Below are positions 32,301 to 42,800 of a stretch of DNA of 64,000 nt, in pieces. Location: NCBI RefSeq assembly GCF_025526975.1, contig NW_026515668.1:372001-436000 (forward strand), written 5' to 3'. The stretch's first letter is position 1. Every line of letters starts with the position of its first letter. Below the pieces are notes generated by a model that did not search any database, had not been told where the DNA came from, and was given only the letters and a program-made list of their open reading frames with translations. Position numbers and translations under genes: made by a program. This stretch comes from Fimicolochytrium jonesii (taxonomy: Eukaryota).

Positions 32301-33009
32301 GCTCGGCACTTTTGGGATCATCAGAGCCCAACGCTGGCGGCTGAGATGGGGAATTAGATGCGTTGGTTTGGGGCGCCTTCCTCCGCTCCTTCATTGTCTG
32401 TCTATCCTCCTCGATCTGTCGCAGGATCTGTGAACGGGCCTAGAATGACGCAGCGTCAGACCAGCATCGAAGGATAGATGGAGAGACAGCGCTTACATCG
32501 GCTTGAAAGCGCTTTGCCTTTTTCGCCGCCTCGAATTCTTTTGTAGCAGCCAGTCTTTCGCAATCTTTCCGATTTGTGATCACTCTCGACGCGACGAACT
32601 GGCCGGTATCCATACGATTGTCATTGCTGCTTGTCGCTGACGTATAGGGATGGAAAATTGGCTGGGCAGCTAGGGTCGAAGATCGATCTGGCGCTGAGGA
32701 TGGCCCCGTTCCCAATTGCAGTCGCGGAGCGGCAACGTCACCGTCCAAAGTGTCGCTCGTAGTCTTCGACAATATCCTTCGTTCAAACGCGTAGCATCAG
32801 CGGGATGCCGTTTTCACTAGAAACACCATAACCAAAACGAGACGGTACTGGTTTCCCCCACCTCCGTTTCGCCGGTTGGCTCACCAAAAAACAGCGTCCT
32901 CAACCGTAGCATATGGGTTGAATTCGAGCGCCCTCCTCGAAATGAAAATATCAAAACCCATCTCGAGGAGTTGCCCCAATGTAGCGTCTTTCAAAGCATC
33001 AGCGTCCAT
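29320..33009 (-). CDS. UBA-coiled coil-UBX-LRR protein
   Basis: UBA (LGQLLEMGFD..RRAL..VEDAVFW), ILRQIEEDR coil, UBX (QARFPS..LLQPFPRRVF..SLSEAG|LCPSASLNV), and many LRRs (LTELDLSATKVTD, LHLDRTGITD, LNLARTLVDD, LNLDGTKVT). Confidence 0.85.
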
Positions 33010-34710
33010 TGTGTCTTGTCCTTGGTCGTTGCACTTCAATACAAGGGTGATTTGTGGGTAAGGGCACTGGGAGTGAGATGGAGATCGTCTGGTCTCAGCC
33101 CTTACAGTGACGTGAGCAGTAGTTGAAGGAGTACTGTACCACGTGACCGTCGATTTCTTCGCGCCCCCAAGCCACTTCCCAACGGAGCTATAAAAGGGAA
33201 AGAGTCGCCCGTCTTATTCCTGCTTTTCTCCCACAATCCAACCATTAGATTACACCGCGAGGATGAGTGGAAAGGCTCAAGTATGTCCTCACCGGTTGTC
33301 CTCGGGCGCCGGTTTGACGGATTGTGAGAGAAAAGTGCGCTGCCCAAATTACCTTGTATTTTGAAGCGCCTTCGCGACTCTGAGTGGGTAGCTTTGGTTG
33401 TGATTGTCGTTTTGGAGTCGCCGAGTTCCGGAAACGCAGATCGATATCGAATAAGGTAAGAGAGGGTGTGACAACTAGCACCTAGAATAGTAGCGCACAA
33501 CTTGGTGAAGTGATGTCACCTTGAATCCGACCAAATTTGTGGGGATACTTCAAATTATATAGACTACAACGGTATCTGATCCGCCAACGAAATTGCGTTC
33601 GATTGTACTGAAAGAATCAAGAAGAGTGATCCGAGCATTATACTAATCTCCCCCTTCTCCATTTTTCTCATCATCAAAAAGGGTTCAGCTCTTCTATGCT
33701 CAATGGCAACACCTGCCAGTCGCTTCCGTATCACCTGGCGGCTGGGCCTCTTATACTTGATCTACAAGGCGAGCAAACTACTGCAACGACGTCTTTGTAC
33801 ATCCATATAGTAGGCCCGGCCAACAAGGATCACTTGCACCAACTCAAATCAAATGCCAATCGTGCATGGCCATACAGATCCAGGGGCATCATACGCCGCC
33901 GCCGTGATTCCCGCCGATATTTTTGTTGCCATATCGGTAAATGTTGTTTTGCATGTCAGGTCGATCCCCCCATCTTTGGATGGCGTCGTGCTGAAAGTGT
34001 GCCTGCTATTTGCGCTATCGCATTGAACATGGAAGTTTGGCTGAGCACTGGCTCCTAGGGATGACCACCCGAGTCCATGCGTGTGCGAGGGGCTTCCAAT
34101 GAGGTGATGCCCAACGCTCGGATCAAAAGCCTGCCGGTGCATGTACTCGAACGCGGTCCTCGGGCATCGCTAGTCCAATCCTCGTCAGCTCCTCTCCCCC
34201 GTACATATACAGTACGTTGCGATAGCATCCTAGCACAAACAGGCATACAGTATGCCTGACGAAGTTGATGCCAACCTTCCCTCCGAGAAAGGGCGACCGC
34301 ATAGCATTTTTCGATGTCTTTCGATGTCTTTCCGTGTTGAGCCGGTTTCTGACGCATTTTCCAATGTCCAAGTCGCCCCGTGCAAGTTGCAGCTTGTCCA
34401 CGTCGCTCACGGAAATGAGGCTTGGAAGTTGATGAAGCGTGGCGTTTGTGAGGAGTGGACGCGCTATCTCTCCCTTTTCCCCTTGAACCCATCTCCGAGA
34501 TGGGTCGCAACACTGTAATCGTCCCAACACCTTTGCCGTGTAGCCCTCTAGTCCGATAGACCCACCTTGACCAAAGAAGAATTGGAAGGAGAAGCTACTG
34601 TACTATCGTCAACCAGTTTTCAATCCAGCCCGTTGGAGTAGCGAAGGTCTGAGAGGAAGGTCTGAGAGGCTCAGAATTCAGTTCCCAGACCCCGTAGATC
34701 ACAAAACATC

Positions 34711-37180
34711 ATGGAACGGAAGGTGACGAAGGTTTACGGCAAGAAGAGGCGTCCTCCTGCCTGGCCCGAATCCCGCATCGGTAGCCCCGGCGACGCCCAG
34801 CTGTCCGTCAAAGCCTTCCTAGAGGCGACAGGATTGAGCACAGCATCGCCTGCACCAAAACCACCCACAGTCAAAGTGCCGAAGAGTATCAACCTGGGAC
34901 GACGGCGTCCTCCTCGAAAGCAAGCTTCGCCGATCAAGCATAAGCGTGCTATGAAATACGACGACGATGACGACAACCTCGCGGTGCCGGAGCTCGACCG
35001 AAGCATCCAGTCTGAGAAAGGCACGTGTGACGAGGACCAAGCGAAGCGCTCAGCACTTGAAATCGACAAACCAGAGCGGCGTGTAACCCGTGATTATGCG
35101 GCTCGCAGTAGCTCAAGAAAGAAACCATCGCGAGATGTTTCCTCCAAGGTGCCGGAGGTGGATCAGAGCATTGAGTCTGAAACGCTACCATTCGATGAGA
35201 TCCAAGGACAGCGCTCATCAGTACATGAAATCGCCGAAGAGGAGAAGCGCCCTACCCGCGCTCCAGCGGGCCGCACTAGTTCGCGAAGACGATCAACGGC
35301 GAAGGTATCCTCCGAGGTTCCGGAGGTTGATCGAAACATCGGGTTCGAAACGTTGACCATTGACGACAATCGAGGAAAAGGCACAGCGCGCGACATCGGA
35401 GAACAGGAGAAGCGCCCTAGCAATGCTCCAGTGATTCATACTAGTTCGCGAAGAAATCCATCGGCGAGAGTATCGCCCAAAGTTTCGGAGATTGTTCGAA
35501 GCATTCAGTCCGATGAAACAATAACTGTTGAGGAACAAGGGAAAGGCGACGAATCTGACAACGGACGACCGGAGGAACCTCTCACCCGTGCTCAAGCGGT
35601 CCACATTAGCTTGGCAGGAAGGAAACCACTAGGCAGAGTCTCCTCCCAGCTTCCGGATTGGGATCCCTTCGAACAAGCATCACCTGGTGAGGCGATTGCC
35701 AGGACGGATGTGCCGAATGAAGACTTTCTGATCACAGAAGATTTATTTGAGCGCCCACCGTCTTCCCCCGTACTGCACCCAACTAGTCTGGAGGAAAGTC
35801 CCACAATGGGGCGCAATGAAACTGACGAAGATACATCGTTGACAAAGGTGGCAAAAAAGCGACGCGTGACGATCGCTCAGCCCGTGGCGGAAGAGGAAGT
35901 TCTCACATCAGCCGTCAAGAGACGAGCGAAGAAGTCCATTAAGTTCTCTGCCTCGACCATCTTACGTTCCCTGGATCACGACGAAGAATCCCATGCACCC
36001 GAACGCTCACTGAGCAGGTCGCCGCATCGTATGGGCCGTATGAAGAGGAAGAATGGATATGAAGAACGCGAAGAGGTACGTGTGGACTTCCGCCACTAGG
36101 GACGCGTGCAGTTGCCTTACATTCCGATCTCTGTTTTGCCAACAGATGGATGAAGCCGAATCCATTGAAGAGAACGCGGAAACCCATAAACATCGGAAGA
36201 GGAGTCGCGATAGGCCCGCTGTTCCCACAGATGATGAAGAGCTCAGCAATGAAGATCCCATTTCCGAGCCGCCTAAGAAGCGCAGGCTTTTGCGTAAGAG
36301 GTATGACACCGGCGAGGTCGCAACCTTGGACAAAGCCTCTTCGATCGTATCGGACCCCTGGCACGACGAAGAGGAGAATGTCAACCAGATTCGAGAAACC
36401 CTAGGAGAGGCCCTATTACAATCGGCCGCTGCGGAACCCATCACCGCATCACAGTCGGACACTGCTGCGCCCATCGGTGATGATCAGGGCTGCGATTTCA
36501 GACTTGGTCGGCGGCCCCCGCGCGCCATGCGGAAGGGCAAGGCGAAGACCGTAGGAAAGGTAGGCCGAATTGAAGCCTCTTGTTGTGACTTGTTCCACCG
36601 CTCATACCATCACGTGCAGGCGATTCAGCGCAAGCGTAGGACAGGTCGCGTTGATTCCACTGTTGCATCGCGTGGCATCGCAGGGACAAATGGCGAGGAC
36701 GTGGAAAACGAAGGTCCTGAAACGGGTCCTCAGCCTTCCGCTTCGCAAGGTGAAGAGAAGCCTAACACTCAAGCAGTGCAAACTACCCTCCTCGGGATCG
36801 CCGAGCGGAACAAAGCAAAGTGGGACCGTGCCATATCCGTGCAAGACAAGCGATATGTTCGTCGGGAACCAGTCAAAGGCAGGACGGGCGGACCGGCCGA
36901 CTCGGATGACGATATCCCACCTTTGCCGCCCCCTCTTCCCTATCTGGACTCCGAGATTGAAGAAACCAACTCGGGCACTGTTGCGCATCCTCGACCGAAG
37001 CGCAAGCGAAGAAGGAAGGAGCGGAGGTTGCTTCCTGATTCGCAGGCGGCAGATGTACTACTCTCGGAGGACCCTGCGCAACAACATCTTGGTTTTCCGG
37101 ACGATGGCTTCCCTGTTCTGAGGTATGACGATCGCGTATGCAGTGAATCGAAACCTCCATTTCATACCTTGCCCTCTTAG
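34711..37180 (+). CDS. Orphan, largely disordered Lys/Arg/Ser-rich protein with ~55-aa internal repeats; 3' end uncertain
   Basis: 462-aa ORF joined in frame through intron ~36077-36146 (GTACGT..CAACAG) to the next long ORF; several basic NLS-like clusters. Confidence 0.75.
34984..35664 (+). repeat. Degenerate coding tandem repeat, period 165-168 bp, about 4 copies
   Basis: Units begin VPELDRSIQSE (34984), VPEVDQSIESE (35149), VPEVDRNIGFE (35317), VSEIVRSIQSD (35482), with a partial LPDWD at 35650. Confidence 0.9.
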
Positions 37181-37556
37181 AACTCTGCATGGCACACTCA
37201 CCAATCAGACTTTTGAAGACCTATTCTGTTGATTCCTACGTCATTGCTGTCATTTCATACTATAGACTGTGGCCTTCCTATGCATTCCTCCTGCCATTCA
37301 TACCATTTTATCAGCACGTTTCACGTTTTTCGGACTTTCCCGTATGTCTAGCCCTGCTTCTCATATCATTTTCATGTTCATGTATTGTACATATGTTTCG
37401 CCGTTACTAAGACAATTGCTCTTCCTTTCCAAACCGTAATCTCGCTCTTGAAATCGACATTGCCATGTTTGCTGGTATATGAAACCCCCTCCTTCTCGCT
37501 CTCTAATATATGTGTATACTGTACACATGTGTACATTACGCCTACAGTCACTTGTA

Positions 37557-38693
37557 CTATCGATGGAGCTGTGCTTTATGAGACACCGACTGATCAAAAT
37601 GGGAAGACTCATGCCGCCCCTCGCCAGGAAGCGACACGTAAGGAGGTGGCACCCTGCCGGATCGATGAGAAGGTATCCGCGGCAACGGCGCTGCGTGAGA
37701 GTCGTGCGTGGTTCGGCGTGTAGGTAAGGCCGGCCTCCGTTCGCCAGGAAGCGACACGTTTGAGGGAATCCTGAACGGCGGTGGCAGCCTGCCGGATCGA
37801 TGAGAAGGTATCCGCGGCAACGGCGCTGCGTAAGAGTCGTGCGTGGTTCGGCGTGTAGGCAAGGCCGGCCTCCCTTCGCCAGGAAGCGACACGTTTGAGG
37901 GAATTCTGAACGGCGGTGGCACCCTGCCGGATCGATGAGAAGGTATCCGCGACAATGGCGCTGTGGGACCGTTATGGGTGGTATGCCGTGTCGAAATCAA
38001 TGCACCGGAATACGGAGCCGGTAGAGGCATCTCCATCAGTGGCGACCGTCCGCCTACCAACGTATCGTCTGAGCGCCCCGGACTTACGCCCTGCAATCGT
38101 ATCATCTCCACCTCGTCCCCATATCCTGACCCCATGGCCCACGTCAGGGATGGCGGCCGGGGCTGTCGATGCTTTGGCACCACTTTATCCTGCCTCGTTA
38201 AAGCCAGCTTGAGGAGGAGGATGCAGCCCATGAACACCACGGTGGAAAGCATGAAGATGCTAGTTATCCCTGCCGGCGTTTTCACGAATGGAGGTTTATC
38301 AACCAAGATTGCGTTGGTGAATGGAGATGTGGAGGTGCTGGGGGTGGAAGTGGAGGTAGAAGTGACACTCGTTGCGGATGTCAAAGTGGAGCTGGAGGTC
38401 GGATCAACCAACACGACAGTTGCGACGGTGCGAATCGCGGAGGACGCTCCCCCGATATTGGTGACGGTTACGAAGATGGTGTGTTGGACCGCGGGACTTG
38501 GGGTTGATAGTGGACGAGATGAAGGGGTGTGCACCGTCGTCGGCATCGACGGTTCTGTACGGTGCGATGGTGGTTCTGAGGCTGCAGTAGGCTTCGGAGA
38601 ATCATGCTCGGTCTTTAACGTTGCTACAGGAGGGTCGTCGTCTTCGGAGACGGTGGTGCGTCTCGAAATCGTCGATGTCGCCTTTCCGTCCAT
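37557..38693 (-). CDS. Single-pass membrane protein with Ser/Thr-rich region and repeat-containing tail (possible extra 5' exon from ~38909)
   Basis: 378-aa ORF: S/T-rich mucin-like stretch, TM segment ITSIFMLSTVVFMGCILLLKLAL, then Pro/Arg-rich repeats. Confidence 0.75.
   Translation of the reverse strand: MDGKATSTISRRTTVSEDDDPPVATLKTEHDSPKPTAASEPPSHRTEPSMPTTVHTPSSRPLSTPSPAVQHTIFVTVTNIGGASSAIRTVATVVLVDPTSSSTLTSATSVTSTSTSTPSTSTSPFTNAILVDKPPFVKTPAGITSIFMLSTVVFMGCILLLKLALTRQDKVVPKHRQPRPPSLTWAMGSGYGDEVEMIRLQGVSPGRSDDTLVGGRSPLMEMPLPAPYSGALISTRHTTHNGPTAPLSRIPSHRSGRVPPPFRIPSNVSLPGEGRPALPTRRTTHDSYAAPLPRIPSHRSGRLPPPFRIPSNVSLPGERRPALPTRRTTHDSHAAPLPRIPSHRSGRVPPPYVSLPGEGRHESSHFDQSVSHKAQLHR
37618..37960 (-). 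repeat. Near-identical 135-bp (45-aa) coding tandem repeat, about 2.5-3 copies
   Basis: TCGCCAGGAAGCGACACGT recurs at 37621, 37741 and 37876; encoded unit PL(S/P)RIPSHRSGR(V/L)PPPFRIPSNVSLPGE.RPALPTRRTTHDS. Confidence 0.95.
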
Positions 38694-39309
38694 TGTCCAA
38701 TCTCCCGAGTCCCAACCCGGGCACTCTTTCGCTGTCTCCCTAGAGACTTGGCTTCAACCCATGGCTTTACATACGTGCGGCAGGGCAGAGACTATTCCTT
38801 TACGGAGAACTCGCGGTTAGTATTCGTACCATCTTTTTGTGAAACCGCTGACCGTCGACGGTGACAGTAGGATGGCGTCTTGAGCACTGGCAACGGTGAG
38901 CACCTCCATCGTTATGCGCTTTGAAGCAGTTATGCCAGCCCGCCTGTTGTGGTGACATCGATGCTTTCAGTCACAGTATTCTGGTGGACTATGCTTTCCA
39001 TGATGAAAGAGCCTCCGAGGCTGCAACGCGGCGCGGGAGAGCAACTGCGTTCGGTGTCAAAAAGCGGTCAATCGTCCACAACCATGTTCTCGGAAGCCCG
39101 CGTGAAATTGGAAATTTGACAATCTAATGCTGGTCACCAAAAAGCACCAAAAGAGGACACGGAGGCTAGGTGTGCATGATTCAAGATTGACAATTTGACG
39201 TGCAGGAGGCTGCCAGATATATACGTATCTGGTGACGACGCCCCAAGGACACATCATTCCGAGCATAGCCATCGGCTCAAGTTACCGACCCCATGCAAAA
39301 ACCCAAGAT

Positions 39310-39349
39310 GGCAGGACGGCAAGACGGCAGGACGGCAAGACGGCAAGAC
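39310..39349 (+). repeat. 8-bp tandem repeat (GGCARGAC)x5, intergenic
   Basis: ggcaggac ggcaagac ggcaggac ggcaagac ggcaagac read directly. Confidence 0.95.
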
Positions 39350-39806
39350 CGACCGCCGGCCGGTGACTTCTGGCAACAACCCGTCGTAACGAGATATCTG
39401 GCAGCCTACTGTACTGTTTGTACTGTATGGTCACCACTCATCGAGGCTTCTTTGAGCGTCGATACGAGGTAAGCATATCAGTTGAGAACTCAGGGAAATC
39501 ACTCAAGATTGGGTGGGGCATATCAAGGACAACGAACTGTTGGTTGAGATGCTTCATCCCAATTCGGTATGTTGGGATTGAGACTGTGCCATCCTTCTCC
39601 TCATGACCATACCGGATGTTGTGGACAAGAAGACCTCATCCAAGTCGAGTAGGGAATTGAGCATCATGTGAAGGCTGCGAATGTTTTCTGAAGAATCTGC
39701 ATGAATGATGGCACTGAGGTGAGGATCACGGCATTCACTGTTTTCAAGAACCAAGCACATTTTGCAGATCACAGAAATGATGATTGAGATCCGAAGTCCG
39801 CCGCAA

Positions 39807-42800
39807 CTAACAAACAGGAACTTTGGCTACAGCAACCACCGATGATGTCCGCTTTTTCGTCTTGACCGTGGTGCTCTGCAGCTTTTTAGTCCCCCATTCT
39901 CGTCCAATGGCCACAGCATGCACACTTCTTCCAAAGCTCTTCGTTGGAACAGGTTTGAATATGCGCGCCCCTGAATCGTACTTGTAGTATGCGAGGACCT
40001 CGTTGGTATCTAACACGTCTGGTCCCTGTGTTCCTGGGTATATCTTGAGGGCCTGGTCAAGATGCGGATCGTATGAATAGAGACCGCGGAAGGTTTGAGT
40101 TGAGGGTGCATGGAAGAGGATAACAAAGTGGGATGCATCGGTTGTTGCAAGATCCTGGATGGGTTGAACGAGATGAGCGTTTCGCGAATGTGAAGATTTC
40201 GGCGCGCTCGAGGTCGGAGAAAGGTCCGATGCACCAGCCAAAATTGCCCAACCATACCTCCAGAACCTCAGCCTGGCATTTTTCATTCACACTGCCAGCC
40301 AGGCAGACATGAACCAATGCGTTCCTAATCAGCTGTCGATTGGATTGCTCTTTGGTGGGCGTCCGCCGAAGCACGGATCTCTTTGCTGCACATGTCGCGA
40401 GGGAGTCGTTGTCAGCCTGCACAGGGGTTGCTGATTCGGCTGCTGGAGCGATAGCGGCTCGTGATGGCGGAGTTTCAGCGCAGGATCGCTCTTGTCTTTC
40501 TCGTTCCGCTGCACGCTTCGATGCTAATTGCCGACTCCGCTCCTCCAGCTTCTGGGCTTGTAATTCCAAGCTTTGTCTGTTGTACAAGGCAGAATATGTG
40601 ATCATTGGAGTGATTGGAGGACGAAACTTCGTGTACCAACGTTACCTCCGCAACGCCTCCCGTTTTTCTTTCTCTTCTTGTTTGCTCTGCGCTTTCTGAT
40701 GAACCCCCGCCTCACGGGCTGCTTCCATGCGGCGGAGCGCGTTCAACTTCTTTGCCTACATACGGTACAACGCGATGAGATGGGGTGCGATCGCAGTTTT
40801 CTCAAGATGGCGTACCTTCTGCTCTTCGCGCCTGTCCATCGGCTTTTGCACCTTCGGTCCTGAATCTACCGGTTTCGTTCCTGTTGCTGTGACGGCGATG
40901 ATGGAGTCGCCTTTCTGGCTTTCATCACCACCGGGCCTCGTCTGCTGGTTTTCAGCAAGTGGATCTGGATGTTCTGGCTCGAGACACGCCTCCCCATCAG
41001 AGCTCGAACTTGACTCCGACTCGTCCAGGGGATAGAACTGCAGGCCAGACACCGGTCGTGTCTGCCGCCCATGTACGATACCCTTCTTCTCCAACCCAAG
41101 GATATATCGCTCGGTGGGTCGCGAACTTGTCGGAAGCGCATGGCCCGCTGCTGGAGCGATTGGTGATGATTGCTTTGTTATCGTTTCGTTGTTCATCAAC
41201 TCCAGGATCTCTGCTTTGCTACCTGTCGGGCTCACACATGATAGCCGGCGGCTCCTGCCCAATCGTGGCGTCGAACGCAGACTCTCCCTTGGTGAAGCGT
41301 GCAGCGAAGCTCGAGCCGAATCATCAACGCCTTCTTTCCGCTTCGCCCTCAGAGACGCCGCTGGGCGAGAGCGGGACGCGAAAGTTTTGGTATTTAAGGC
41401 ACGATGTGAGCGGCGGTTCTGTAAGGAGGGAGTTGCTATTTCTTCTTCGGTGCTCCACCCCTCCTCTTCCTCTTCAGACACTTCCTGTGTTTCAGAAAGG
41501 CTCTCTTCATCAAGCCTTCTTGCTGTCTCACCAAAGTTCTCCTCCTCCGTAACCCACCCTTTATCGTCGGATGCACCGGGGTCTTCCTGAGACTGAAAAC
41601 CTGCCTGCACTGGGACAGGGTTTCGTGCCGGCCAAAAAGGTGCAGCGCCTCGTGATGCAAATGATAGTTTATTGGAAGGTGTGACTTTCTGATCCTTGGG
41701 GCTACTTATGGGGGTTCCCGCAGGCTTCTTCAAACTCTCCAACGGCTGTCTGCGGCTGTTGGTTAATGTTCTGTTACTGGTCACGCCGTCGTTCGTTTTG
41801 GGGGATACTTCAGATGCTTTCCTGTTCACATTCTGAGGAATGGCAGCATCGCGCATCTCGTCTTCGATGGTTTTCGGTTGAGATTTTGGGGCATGGGACT
41901 TCATCAGATCTTTCAATACAGGTTTCTCACGTTGTGGCAGCAACGTTGCAGTTTCCTGAGCTCGTGATGGCGATGCTTGACTCTTCCTCCTTTGTGTTAT
42001 CACAAATTTGGATGGTTCAACATGCGGCTTGAGCCATCGGCCCTGGCCTGCAGTTGCCGCCTCTGAACTGTCCTCTCTGGGCCGATTCGAGCTGGACGTC
42101 GCAAGATCCTGTCCTCTATCGAAAGGTTCATGGGACATTCGCTCAGTGGAGTCATCATACGTCTCGTCTATCGCAATCGTTACTGCCTTACTACACTCTG
42201 CCACCAGCGGCACCTCAGTGGAGGTAGAAAATAACACGTCGGTCTCTTCGATGATCATCGGCTGTGAAGAGCCGGGAAGGCGCGTAGGGGTGAAGATTGG
42301 CATGTCATCCAAACCGAAATCTGCATCCTCATCTACATCCTCGTCCTCATCTTCCCTGTCTGGTGTTTCGTAATGCGCTCCAACTTCAAATCGAGCTCCG
42401 TCCAGCCATTCTTCTGCGACCAACGCGCTCTGCTGCTTCATGATAACGCTTGCATCATCTTGATTGTCTGGATCAGATGTATACCTCATCGGAGTTCTGA
42501 AAACCTGGGCAGAGGGCCTGGCCTCGACACTGGTTTTGTGGGTTTCCAGCGTCGTAGAGGCGTGCTGTAGCCAGGCACCTGCGATGTCGCTCTTTGAGGG
42601 TGTGTGGGTAGATGCTGCGCTCTTGGTTAGGTCCGCTTTTGTATCACGCGCGATCGCTAAGTGCTGGGGACCGTCGGGTGGTTTGTCGATCGACAATTGG
42701 GGTGGCGGGTTTGCTCGCGACGACGGGCTCGAGGATAATGTATCTGAGTCCTGGTCTCGTGCCCGACTCACTACAGCCACCGCGGAATATTTCTGGGTTT

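Noticed and set aside
37618..37960. Repeats as a possible CRISPR array
   Set aside because: Contiguous in-frame coding units with no unique spacers, no cas genes, and a eukaryotic context.
37963..38820. 285-aa + strand ORF
   Set aside because: Antisense shadow of the S/T-rich membrane protein; its Val/Gly-rich composition is what the reverse complement would give.
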